DNA of 64,000 nucleotides from a virus (Duplodnaviria > Caudoviricetes). The notes beneath the pieces were generated by a model that had not been told where the DNA came from, did no database searches, and was given only the letters and a program-made list of their open reading frames with translations. Positions 37,149 to 45,955 of the stretch are shown piece by piece; within the stretch, counting starts at the first letter, position 1, and each line of letters begins with the position of its first letter. The stretch lies in the IMG/VR virus record IMGVR_UViG_3300020577_007794; one strand, written 5' to 3'. Position numbers and translations under genes: made by a program.

Positions 37149-38069
37149 ATGAATATAGGACTACACACCCAGTCATTGCCTCTCAGGGGCACAGATAGAG
37201 CTATTAGAGACTACGCAGAGGGTCTCGCGTTGATGGGGCATAGCCCAATTGTTTTGATCCCTGAAGGATGCCATATAGAGCAGGAATCTTTTGACAGTAT
37301 TTCCAAGTATGCTCCTGTTAAACAGTACGCCTCCCCACAAGTTCTCTCTGACTTCTCAACACACCTTGACAGCTGCTATTTTATTCGTTATGGCTATCCT
37401 GAACAAGTTTTTCTTGAATGCAAGGAATTGGTTCATGCAGTATTTGATGCCACAAAACCTAACGGAGATAGATTTGCTGCAGTATCTGAGTGGCTCGCTG
37501 ACCACCATAAATGTGGAAGCTGGGTACCCCATATCGTTAAAGAACCTCTGGGCACGAGAAATAAAGAAGCATTAGGTATTCCTGAAAAGTCTTATGTTGT
37601 TGGCTACCATGGCGGACATGACAGCTTTGATATTGGTTTTGCAAAGGAAGGTTTGTTAGAGGCTTTAGAGAAAAGAAAAGATTTGTGGGCTGTACTGAAA
37701 GGAGTGGCCCCCTTTGCGGAACATGAAAGACTCCTCTTCCTACCGAGGAACGAAAACACCGGGGATTTTATACACACCTGCGATGCTATGTTTCATGCTA
37801 GATATAGGGGAGAGACTTTTGGGCTAGCTATAGCTGAGTTTGCAATTCTTGGAAAGCCAGTTGTTTGTTGGGATTCCCCTGAGGAAAAAGCACACTTACA
37901 CCACCTCTCAGAGGACAAGGGTCTTATCATATACAAAGACAAGCTTGACATAATCAATATCCTTCAAAGCCTTAACAAAAAAACTCCTGGCTGCAACGCT
38001 GCGTCTTGGAAGAAAAGGTTTAATACTGAGACTGTGATGACTAAGTTTCAGGAAGTCTTTCTTAGATGA
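37149..38069 (+). CDS. glycosyltransferase (GT-B/GT4-like)
   Basis: RGT..A..DYA N-terminus; CDAMFHAR.RGETFGLAIAEF EX7E motif. Confidence 0.85.
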   Translation: MNIGLHTQSLPLRGTDRAIRDYAEGLALMGHSPIVLIPEGCHIEQESFDSISKYAPVKQYASPQVLSDFSTHLDSCYFIRYGYPEQVFLECKELVHAVFDATKPNGDRFAAVSEWLADHHKCGSWVPHIVKEPLGTRNKEALGIPEKSYVVGYHGGHDSFDIGFAKEGLLEALEKRKDLWAVLKGVAPFAEHERLLFLPRNENTGDFIHTCDAMFHARYRGETFGLAIAEFAILGKPVVCWDSPEEKAHLHHLSEDKGLIIYKDKLDIINILQSLNKKTPGCNAASWKKRFNTETVMTKFQEVFLR

Positions 38070-38290
38070 ACAAAACATTGTTTCTAAGAGGAAGTGATTG
38101 GGTTCTTACCCATTACGGTGTTATCAACCACCAGAAAGCGGATTCAGTTTTGTATAGAAGCAAAATGAATGAAAAGGAGTGGCTGAGAATGAGATCAGCA
38201 CTCCTTAATATTGATACCTGTGTAGACTTAAGTTATAAAAAATACGCTAGAGCTATTATCAAAATGGGAGAGATTTATTTCGTTGTCTAA
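38066..38290 (+). CDS. hypothetical protein
   Basis: ATGA-overlap ORF. Confidence 0.5.
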   Translation: MNKTLFLRGSDWVLTHYGVINHQKADSVLYRSKMNEKEWLRMRSALLNIDTCVDLSYKKYARAIIKMGEIYFVV

Positions 38291-38819
38291 GATGAACAGT
38301 CAAGAATTTTACAAAAAATATTTAGAGGATTTTGTATGGGTTGGAGACCTATATATTGATGATGGGTGGGGCCCAAAACAGAGAGTTATCAGTGATCTTT
38401 GTAAGTTCTCTTTTGCGGTGTTAGATAAGGTTGTGGAAGAGAGTATAGAGGACCCTCTGTTCCTATGCAGTCCAACCTCAGATCAGGTCACTTTACACAT
38501 ACCTACATGTCAGGTTCCGGGATTTCGTTCAATAAACCAAAGATATTCTGTGGCACTGCTTAATCAGACATTTGAAACATTTGATCCCATTCTAGAAATC
38601 ATTTCTAGTTTAACTCTAGATAAATTCCAGTTAGTGTTAAAAGCCTATACAGTAGTGAATGGTGTATTAAAAGGGGGCAATATTTTATTGGCCATTACTA
38701 AAAAAGATGCACTTTCAGAGCCTACGTTCAAGTTAGTAGAGGGTCGGTCTGTTATCGTTTATGATAGGCCAAGAGTACTAGCAGAGTGGGTTCAAGACAA
38801 TAGTAATAAAGGAACCTAA
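38283..38819 (+). CDS. hypothetical protein
   Basis: ORF in the operon. Confidence 0.5.
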   Translation: MSKMNSQEFYKKYLEDFVWVGDLYIDDGWGPKQRVISDLCKFSFAVLDKVVEESIEDPLFLCSPTSDQVTLHIPTCQVPGFRSINQRYSVALLNQTFETFDPILEIISSLTLDKFQLVLKAYTVVNGVLKGGNILLAITKKDALSEPTFKLVEGRSVIVYDRPRVLAEWVQDNSNKGT

Positions 38820-38820
38820 A

Positions 38821-38991
38821 ATGGATAAGATCTATTTTGAGGATGCGGATGGTTCTCTGCAAAACGCAGAAGAAGTTTTAAAACCTAAAAAGAAAAGTAC
38901 AGAAGATGAGCACAGAAAACCCGATTCAGATAGTGGAAACAAAGTTCAACGAGTGGGAACTGACAAAGAAGACAAAAGAGGAACAGATTGA
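38821..38991 (+). CDS. small hypothetical protein (56 aa, absent from ORF track)
   Basis: MDKIYFEDADGSLQ... starts 1 nt after the upstream stop and overlaps the next gene. Confidence 0.35.
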   Translation: MDKIYFEDADGSLQNAEEVLKPKKKSTEDEHRKPDSDSGNKVQRVGTDKEDKRGTD

Positions 38992-39526
38992 AGAGCTAAA
39001 GCCTCTCCTCTCAGACGCTATACTTAGATTCGCCACAAGTGGTGACGCTATTGAGTCTCTGACTGTTCACGAAGATTTGTACGAAACAGTTTCAGAGGCA
39101 CTTAGTTTAGCAGACTTGCCTAAAGACTTCAATGATTCAAGCGGGCTGGATTGGGAAACAGTCAACGAAGAATTCAGAAAAATGTGTAAATCCATTCCAG
39201 TAAAGTCTGCTCCTACTGGTTATTTTGCACAGGCTAACCCAGAGTATCTTAATGCTCTAGCCCCTGTTCAACTCTTTGTTTCGTTTATGACAAAATCTAA
39301 GAGAGAAATGATCGCACTTCAACAGTTTGATATGAAGTACGGTGTTTCCCAGCTCTTGGCAAAGGCTGGTATTGGCTTCCAACCAACCCCAGCTGAGATG
39401 AGAATTATGTGCATGATTGTTGCAATCTTTGAAAGTGCCAGCCAACAGCAGCCACAACAGATTGATCAAAAAGCAATTCTGCAAGCAACAGCTGGACCTG
39501 ATTTCAGCAAAATTGTGACGAAGTAA
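38906..39526 (+). CDS. hypothetical protein
   Basis: 206-aa ORF. Confidence 0.55.
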   Translation: MSTENPIQIVETKFNEWELTKKTKEEQIEELKPLLSDAILRFATSGDAIESLTVHEDLYETVSEALSLADLPKDFNDSSGLDWETVNEEFRKMCKSIPVKSAPTGYFAQANPEYLNALAPVQLFVSFMTKSKREMIALQQFDMKYGVSQLLAKAGIGFQPTPAEMRIMCMIVAIFESASQQQPQQIDQKAILQATAGPDFSKIVTK

Positions 39527-39529
39527 ACT

Positions 39530-40384
39530 ATGTCAATTCCATTTATTGGAAAGAGAATGACCCGAGAGGAATTTAAACAGTACCTCTCGGGCTTAACTTT
39601 TTCTTCCTTCAAACCTATTTCAGTTACTTACCACCACACTGCATCCCCTTCCTTGGCGCAGAGACCTAACGGTTTTTCAGCCCAACACCTAATTAATCTT
39701 CGAGATTATTACGGAAAGACTTTGGGGTGGAACGGCGCACCTCACATTTTCATTGATGATGTTGGTGATGGCATTATTGTATTCCAAAGAATGGATAGAA
39801 GAGGGGTACACGCTGTTTCGTTCAACTCCAGATATTGGGGTATGGAAATGCTTGGGGACTACGACAATGAATCTTTTACAACTGGGCGAGGAGCTAAAGT
39901 TAGAGATAATGCTATCGCTGCGGGTGCAATTATGTTGGAGAGTTTGGGAGCTTCACCAGAGAGTATTAAGTTTCACAGAGATGATCCCAAAACATCTAAG
40001 ACCTGCCCAGGGACTAAAGTAAACAAGGCGGACATTATAGCTAGGCTTCATCAATATATGGGGTCTCAGGATGATCATGAAGATCAGGTTGAAACATTTG
40101 AATCACCCACAATTACCCTTCCAAACAAAACATTGTTTACCAATACTAGGGAGAAGGATGGAAGGATTCAAGTACCTGCACGAGCTTTCTTAACTGCTCT
40201 TGACAGCAGTCTAGTTAGCACTCTTAAAAAGTCTGGGAACTTTATTACGTTCTCAACGTTCAAACTTAACATAAGCAGCATTGATGAAAAAGGAAATACC
40301 TGGGTATTTTTACGAGATGTTGCTAACGCTCTTCACCTCAAGATCAAGCTCCTGCAATCTGGCGCAGTTGAGCTGACTAACTAA
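39530..40384 (+). CDS. N-acetylmuramoyl-L-alanine amidase (endolysin) with a C-terminal copper-amine-oxidase-N-like domain
   Basis: YHHTA, APHIFI, GVHAVSFN, GMEMLGDYD, FHRD...KTCPG; C-terminal GRIQVPARAF and WVFLRDVANAL. Confidence 0.85.
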   Translation: MSIPFIGKRMTREEFKQYLSGLTFSSFKPISVTYHHTASPSLAQRPNGFSAQHLINLRDYYGKTLGWNGAPHIFIDDVGDGIIVFQRMDRRGVHAVSFNSRYWGMEMLGDYDNESFTTGRGAKVRDNAIAAGAIMLESLGASPESIKFHRDDPKTSKTCPGTKVNKADIIARLHQYMGSQDDHEDQVETFESPTITLPNKTLFTNTREKDGRIQVPARAFLTALDSSLVSTLKKSGNFITFSTFKLNISSIDEKGNTWVFLRDVANALHLKIKLLQSGAVELTN

Positions 40385-40388
40385 GAGC

Positions 40389-40397
40389 CTCTATTTG
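40389..40397 (+). promoter_or_regulatory. CTCTATTTG motif, putative late promoter
   Basis: Exact 9-mer at the start of an intergenic region. Confidence 0.55.
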
Positions 40398-40538
40398 GGT
40401 GAGTCACCTCCTGTGGCTCACCTGTGCAACTAAGCTTAGCTTAGCATTGGCCACTTGGCAACTAAAGGCACACTCTCTTGTAAGGAACTTCTCCTAAAGT
40501 TAGTGAGTCATCGCCTTTAGGAGTTTTAGGAGAAATTT
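40398..40538 (+). promoter_or_regulatory. structured leader with alternative anti-SD pairing
   Basis: Hairpin GGTGAGTCAC/GTGGCTCACC; TTCTCCTAAAG complementary to two TTTAGGAG copies, the second being the SD. Confidence 0.4.
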
Positions 40539-41672
40539 TTGGCATACCGTAAAAAGCGCACAGAATCAGATCTCGATCTACTTCTCACCATTCTCCCTAC
40601 GAAAATCAAATCAATGATTGATGATCCAGACTCTCTAGTAGAGATAGCATTGGACCTTGATCGTTGTGTAGAACTTCTCTACCTTGGTAACCGCACCGTT
40701 ATAACAGACGTGGTGGTAGATCTAAAAACTTTAGAGCATATTATATCTAGGGTTGAGGAACCGGGGATAGATAATAGATCTGGTATTAACGGCACACTGC
40801 ACAGAGTCTCTAGAATTGTTAATAAGAAAGGTGCCCCTGTTGGGTTAACCATTAGGGTTGCAAGACCCTTCGCAGGTAACGCATCACTTATTAAAGATCT
40901 TCTAGAAGAGAATAAAAGTCTTTTATTGTTGGGATCTCCCGGTACTGGAAAAACTACACTTCTTCGAGAAGTAGCAAGAATCCTCTCTTCAGATCTTGGA
41001 AAGAGGGTTGTGGTAGTAGATACTAGTAATGAAATTGGTGGTGAAGGAAATGCTCCACACCCAGCTATTGGCAGGGCTAGGAGAATACAAGTTCCACCAA
41101 CTAAAGCCCAGCATGATGTCATGATTGAGGCTGTAGAGAATCACAATCCGCAGGTTATCATCATTGATGAAGTTTCTACTGTTGAAGAAAGTTTGGCTGT
41201 ACAAACAATTGCGAAGCGTGGTGTCCAAATTATTGCAACGGCGCACGGACAGGTACTGGAAGACTTAGTGCTTAATAAGCCTCTAGCGGGGCTTGTAGGC
41301 GGCGTTAAGACAGTTACCCTATCAGACGACGAAGCGAAGCGAAGAGGGTCACAGAAGACCGTACAAGAGCGAGAAACGGTACCTCCGTTTGACTGTGCTA
41401 TAGAAATTCACGCTTTTGATGAGTTAGCTGTACATCACGATATTGTTAAGGCTGCAGATGCAATTCTAACTAAGAAAATAGTAAAACCAGAATTGAGAAG
41501 ACTTCTAGACGGAGAACCAAGAGTCATATCACCCTCTTCCATATCTGAATCTAAGTTTTCAAAACCAAGATATCATCACGATGATGATGAAGATATCTTT
41601 GAAAGAATGACTTTTGAAAAAAGTAGAACAAGGCCCTCTAAACCACAAAGAAGATCTAGAGGTAGTCGGTAA
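40539..41672 (+). CDS. Ycf45/SpoIIIAA-like AAA+ ATPase
   Basis: NRSGINGTLHRVS, GLTIRVAR, GSPGTGKTTLLRE, VDTSNEIGG, MIEAVENHNPQVIIIDE, IATAHG. Confidence 0.85.
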   Translation: MAYRKKRTESDLDLLLTILPTKIKSMIDDPDSLVEIALDLDRCVELLYLGNRTVITDVVVDLKTLEHIISRVEEPGIDNRSGINGTLHRVSRIVNKKGAPVGLTIRVARPFAGNASLIKDLLEENKSLLLLGSPGTGKTTLLREVARILSSDLGKRVVVVDTSNEIGGEGNAPHPAIGRARRIQVPPTKAQHDVMIEAVENHNPQVIIIDEVSTVEESLAVQTIAKRGVQIIATAHGQVLEDLVLNKPLAGLVGGVKTVTLSDDEAKRRGSQKTVQERETVPPFDCAIEIHAFDELAVHHDIVKAADAILTKKIVKPELRRLLDGEPRVISPSSISESKFSKPRYHHDDDEDIFERMTFEKSRTRPSKPQRRSRGSR

Positions 41673-41680
41673 ATTTTGTA

Positions 41681-42277
41681 ATGAAGAAGAAAGCATCCTC
41701 TACAGAGAGATTCAATCCAGATGATATCCCAGCTTTACTAGAAAAAGCTAAGGCTGGTGATATAGAGGCACGAGACCGCCTTTTATACATGTTTCAAAGA
41801 ATGGTGGTTAGCTTAGTCCATGTTTGTATGACTGGGCGAGTTAACTGGAGATCTAGTTATCAAAAAACTTTTCTTAGATACTTTGGTAGTAAGGACACCC
41901 CATTTGATGTTATAGCTGGATCGTTAAAGAAACAACTATCCGTCTTCGACAAAGAGGAACTATACAACACAGGTAGGGAAGCTGTCTTAGAAGCCATTAT
42001 CCGGTGCGAAACTAATCTAGCGTCTACTATAGTTCTTTGTTTCAAGGAAGCTATAGTTGATATGACAAAAGGCAATATTAGCTGTAAACATATTGACCTA
42101 GAGGAGTGCGAGGATGTCCACGAATTTGAGGACGAAGTTCTGTTCAATCTTTGGATTCAGAGCTTAGAACTCAGGGAACAGTTAATTGTTGATTCCATAT
42201 TAAGTGGGGAGACTGTTCCTAAATCAGAAATTCCTGAGAGTTTGAAAACAAAGCTCTTAGAATACATGTCAGGTTAG
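41681..42277 (+). CDS. sigma-factor-like protein
   Basis: LLEKAKAGDIEARDRLLYMFQRMV region 1.2/2-like start, DKEELYNTG; region 4 appears truncated. Confidence 0.55.
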   Translation: MKKKASSTERFNPDDIPALLEKAKAGDIEARDRLLYMFQRMVVSLVHVCMTGRVNWRSSYQKTFLRYFGSKDTPFDVIAGSLKKQLSVFDKEELYNTGREAVLEAIIRCETNLASTIVLCFKEAIVDMTKGNISCKHIDLEECEDVHEFEDEVLFNLWIQSLELREQLIVDSILSGETVPKSEIPESLKTKLLEYMSG

Positions 42278-42281
42278 AAAG

Positions 42282-42659
42282 ATGAAAGTCAAAATTAAAG
42301 CAAGCGGCGAATACTCTATTAAGTTTAGAGATCAGATCGGTCCATTTAAATGGAACAAGACAGTTAAGTCAACTGTGAATCAGGAGTTCGAAGTAGCAGA
42401 CATCAAGCTTGGTGGGCAGCAAACTTTGTCAATTCCTGGACCAGCTGATGTGATTATCGGGCTGGAAAAAACAACCCTCAATGGCGTAGAAGTCAACATC
42501 TTGAAGGCTTCATTGATTATGGATAACTCTCCATGGGCTTTGTACAGTACTTCAATTGTTATTAATGCTCAGGTTGATAAAACTCCACCTCTTAGAATTA
42601 GAATCAACAATGTTAGAGGTTTTACCGCTGACATTAGCTTAAAACTAGGCGTAGCCTAA
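42282..42659 (+). CDS. hypothetical protein
   Basis: 125-aa beta-rich ORF. Confidence 0.55.
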   Translation: MKVKIKASGEYSIKFRDQIGPFKWNKTVKSTVNQEFEVADIKLGGQQTLSIPGPADVIIGLEKTTLNGVEVNILKASLIMDNSPWALYSTSIVINAQVDKTPPLRIRINNVRGFTADISLKLGVA

Positions 42660-42671
42660 TTCGATTCTAAA

Positions 42672-42706
42672 AAAATAACCCCGTCTGTTCTAGGCGGGGT
42701 TATTTT
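42672..42706. terminator. bidirectional terminator between the convergent blocks
   Basis: AAAATAACCCCGTCT-gttct-AGGCGGGGTTATTTT. Confidence 0.85.
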
Positions 42707-43175
42707 GCATTAAGCTAGGCTTAAATTTAGATAAGACATCTGTCATAGTTCTTCCATAAGTATAAGAAGAATACACTTTTTCAGGATAAGATTTATCTCT
42801 ACTTAACATAAAGAAATCAATACCATCATTATCTTCTCCGTAGAAGAGTGTGAAACCATGGGATGTCTTTGCCTGTATAGTTTCAGCTAAATAACCCATA
42901 GCAACTTGTTTACTTGAAAACAAGTAATTCGACTTTGTAGTAATAGTTACGGAGAGAGGTGAATCCCCCTCTTCTCCATTCACAACTACTTTATCTTTCT
43001 TTCCCTTAAGAATTGTGGAACCTTTATTTATAACAGTTCCAGTGGGAGAGATAGTATAGGAGGTAGCTGGTTCACCTACAAAGTCTTTATAGATCTGAGA
43101 ATTTACGATCAGTTGATATATTCCTAGAAAAAGAAATATCACTCGGATAGCTAATAGAACTACCTCCTGTAACAT
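42690..43175 (-). CDS. hypothetical membrane-anchored protein
   Basis: Hydrophobic N-terminus VVLLAIRVIFLFLGIYQLIV. Confidence 0.55.
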   Translation of the reverse strand: MLQEVVLLAIRVIFLFLGIYQLIVNSQIYKDFVGEPATSYTISPTGTVINKGSTILKGKKDKVVVNGEEGDSPLSVTITTKSNYLFSSKQVAMGYLAETIQAKTSHGFTLFYGEDNDGIDFFMLSRDKSYPEKVYSSYTYGRTMTDVLSKFKPSLMQNNPA

Positions 43176-43582
43176 TAGTTAGATACTCCGTCTTCTAGAA
43201 CAGCTCTTTCCTCTTCTAAGTCTCTATTAATCGCAGAATCTTCAGAAAACTTATCAGGATATCTTTTGCTTAGTTTTCTGGTATTTATAGCTAGCACTTC
43301 TTGAGGAGTAATCCCAGCTAGTTCTGCGGTTAGGGTTAGAAGTTGTCCAGCATACCAATGTATATCGCCAACCTCTTCGACAAGATTAGGAATGTCAATA
43401 TCTTTATTGTAATAAATATGCTTCTTCAGAGCATCTAAAAGCTCTGCGTTTTCTGTTACTATGCCTATGCAATGGTGAAGCATCTCAACATAATTGGAGA
43501 TTCTATCTTTGCATTTTTCATAACCCTCTTTGGTTATGTTAAAGTTTGAGGAATCTTTTGTGTACTTATTGTAATCTAACAT
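43175..43582 (-). CDS. MazG-like NTP pyrophosphohydrolase
   Basis: GIVTENAELLDALKK, EEVGDIHWY, NTRKLSKRYP; likely TAATG start at 43582 (track 43654). Confidence 0.85.
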   Translation of the reverse strand: MLDYNKYTKDSSNFNITKEGYEKCKDRISNYVEMLHHCIGIVTENAELLDALKKHIYYNKDIDIPNLVEEVGDIHWYAGQLLTLTAELAGITPQEVLAINTRKLSKRYPDKFSEDSAINRDLEEERAVLEDGVSN

Positions 43583-43932
43583 TAAATTAACTTTGCTCCG
43601 TAAATAAAGCCATTTGTGATCTCTACCTTTGGTTCCGTCCTTCCACCTATCCACTTTAAAGTTTTCTCTTCTATAGTTACTGGAAAGGGGGTTAAGGAGT
43701 AAATATCATTATACTTATCCGATATAACTCTAGATAGACTCTTATCATCAGTGTAGAGTAGAAGGACTTTTTTATTCTTTTTCGGTCCTTGTGAAATACA
43801 TACCAAACCATAGCCTTCTGCAAAAAGATCTATAATTTTCTGTCTAACAGAATAGGGAACCGAATAGATATCAATTGTTGATTTATTCTGCTCTTCAACA
43901 ACAGTTAAATAGTAATGGTTTGGTATGTCCAT
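43582..43932 (-). CDS. hypothetical protein
   Basis: ORF in the operon. Confidence 0.5.
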   Translation of the reverse strand: MDIPNHYYLTVVEEQNKSTIDIYSVPYSVRQKIIDLFAEGYGLVCISQGPKKNKKVLLLYTDDKSLSRVISDKYNDIYSLTPFPVTIEEKTLKWIGGRTEPKVEITNGFIYGAKLI

Positions 43933-43934
43933 AG

Positions 43935-44219
43935 TTAAATAATTAGAGGGTCTTCAACCTCTATATCCCCGTCCTCATCTACGTAATATACTTCAGTGAC
44001 ATCTGCAACAGAACCTATAGCAGAGATTTTGTATTCTACTTCGTTAGCATGAAAGAGGGCTTTTTCAGCAGCCTGAATAGCAGCTTTTTTAACAAGAGAA
44101 ACTGGTGCAGTTTCTGGGGTGTCAATAGGTACAAGTATGGTGCCTTTTTCTACTATAGTTCTAGTAAAAGTAATGGAGGCTACTCTTGAGTTGGGTTTAT
44201 AATTCGTTTCTGAATTCAT
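43935..44219 (-). CDS. hypothetical protein
   Basis: Track 43935..44282, but the 5' part crosses a terminator, so the ATG at 44219 is preferred. Confidence 0.5.
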   Translation of the reverse strand: MNSETNYKPNSRVASITFTRTIVEKGTILVPIDTPETAPVSLVKKAAIQAAEKALFHANEVEYKISAIGSVADVTEVYYVDEDGDIEVEDPLII

Positions 44220-44229
44220 GTATAAGACC

Positions 44230-44238
44230 ATTATAACA
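44230..44238 (-). promoter_or_regulatory. extended -10 promoter TGTTATAAT
   Basis: Minus strand TGTTATAAT, 10 nt before the ATG at 44219. Confidence 0.55.
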
Positions 44239-44240
44239 CA

Positions 44241-44271
44241 AAAAAGGGTGGTCACTAGGACCACCCTTTTT
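44241..44271. terminator. Rho-independent terminator after nrdA (symmetric)
   Basis: AAAAAGGGTGGTC-actag-GACCACCCTTTTT. Confidence 0.85.
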
Positions 44272-44311
44272 GTCTCAACCACCTGTAGATTGCACTAATG
44301 GGTTTGCACAC

Positions 44312-45955
44312 TTAGCCTTCACAAGATACACATGTAAGGACATTTCTACTCAGTTCTTGAGCAGGATTAGTCCCTCTCTGATAGTACAATGATTTTAGAC
44401 CTAAATCGTAAGCTTGTATTAAAAGCAAAGCTGTGTCCTCTGGTGGGACGGTTCTATCAATCATGAGGTTGATAGACTGGCCTTGATCAATGTATTTCTG
44501 TCTTTGAGCAGCCTGGATGATAATTTCTTTTTGAGAGATCTCACCAAACGTTTTGAAAACAGCTTTTTCTTCGTCTGTTAAGAATGTTAGATGTTGTACA
44601 GAACCACCCTTCTTCAGAATACTTCTCCAAGTTGCAGGAGTATTCTTTTCCTTCTTTTCTAAGAGTTCTAGAAGAGCTGGATTTTTGTATGTAAATTTAC
44701 CCTTCTCGAGATCCTTAACAAAGTAATTATCTCTTAAAGGCTCTACAGAAGGTGATACCTGTCCGAGAATAGCTGATGAAGTTGTAGTTGGTGCAATAGC
44801 CATAACTGTAGCATTTCGCATTCCTCTTCCCTTCATAATAGGGGCTTCACCAAGAAGGTTAGCTAAGTCTTGACTTGCTTTGGTAGCCTTCTCAAATATG
44901 TTTTTATGAATCGAGTTGTTAAGCATCTTTGCTTTCATTGACTCAAAAGGAATCATATTTTTCTGAAGGTAGCTGTGCCAGCCAAGAACACCAAGTCCCA
45001 AAGCTCTGTGTCTGGTAACAAAATTGTATGGAGCTGACATAAAAGGAATATCCTTTATTTTTTCAGCATACTCAGTTACAGATGCATCCAGAAGTTGGAG
45101 AAGAACTTCTACAGCATCAGTATCCTTCCAGTCATCATAATAGAATAAATTCATTGATGATAGAACACATACAAAAGATTCATCAAGCAAGAGTGGAAGG
45201 AAAATTTCCGTACATAGATTTGAAGACAGAATCTTCATATCCAAGTCTTTGTAAACTTGTGGTTTCCCTCTTTCTGCATTACCTGTAAATACAATATAGG
45301 GATAACCTGTTTCGTATCTTTTCTTAATGATTCGTGTCCAGACTTCCCAGTTTCTACCTTTACCTGCCTTTAGGTCAGCCATCCATTCATCTGAAATGCA
45401 GACACCAAGAGATATATGCTGGATGAAATGACCCTCTTCTCGAGCATCAAGAAATTCCATAATATCTGGATGATCAGCATCTAGATAAGCAGCAAACCCA
45501 CCTCTTCGAATGTTTGATTGACTGACAATACTGGTTGTAGATTCAAACAGACTCATAAAGTGGACGGAACCACTTGTAGTTCCACCCCTAGATATCTTTT
45601 CTCCTCTACCTCTAACATGACCAAAATAAGCAGAGGTACCCGCACCATATTTGGTCATCATGCCTACCTCAGAGGCTTTCTCCAGAATTCCACCTAAATC
45701 ATCTGGAATATAGGAACCATTACAACTAATAGGGAGTCCTCTATCATTACCAAAGTTTGCCCACATAGGCGTAGATAATGAGAACCACCCCCTAGCCATG
45801 TAATCTTGGAATTTAACAGAGTAGCCAGGAATCCCTAGAATCTCCTCGGCCCTATCCCCAATTTGCTTCAATCTTTCTTCTACAGTAAGACCATTAAGAT
45901 AACCCCTATTTAAGATCTGCTTTGAATCTTCATTAAGCCAAACAATTTCTGACAT
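44312..45955 (-). CDS. nrdA: ribonucleotide reductase class I alpha subunit (no ATP cone)
   Basis: LPISC, NLCTEI, AIAPTTTSS, IDQGQSINL, LKSLYY, C-terminal CVSCEG. Confidence 0.95.
   Translation of the reverse strand: MSEIVWLNEDSKQILNRGYLNGLTVEERLKQIGDRAEEILGIPGYSVKFQDYMARGWFSLSTPMWANFGNDRGLPISCNGSYIPDDLGGILEKASEVGMMTKYGAGTSAYFGHVRGRGEKISRGGTTSGSVHFMSLFESTTSIVSQSNIRRGGFAAYLDADHPDIMEFLDAREEGHFIQHISLGVCISDEWMADLKAGKGRNWEVWTRIIKKRYETGYPYIVFTGNAERGKPQVYKDLDMKILSSNLCTEIFLPLLLDESFVCVLSSMNLFYYDDWKDTDAVEVLLQLLDASVTEYAEKIKDIPFMSAPYNFVTRHRALGLGVLGWHSYLQKNMIPFESMKAKMLNNSIHKNIFEKATKASQDLANLLGEAPIMKGRGMRNATVMAIAPTTTSSAILGQVSPSVEPLRDNYFVKDLEKGKFTYKNPALLELLEKKEKNTPATWRSILKKGGSVQHLTFLTDEEKAVFKTFGEISQKEIIIQAAQRQKYIDQGQSINLMIDRTVPPEDTALLLIQAYDLGLKSLYYQRGTNPAQELSRNVLTCVSCEG

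Noticed and set aside
38821-39526. Programmed frameshift (tail-chaperone type) joining 38821 and 38906
   Set aside because: It would need a +1 shift with no canonical signal, and there is no adjacent tape-measure gene
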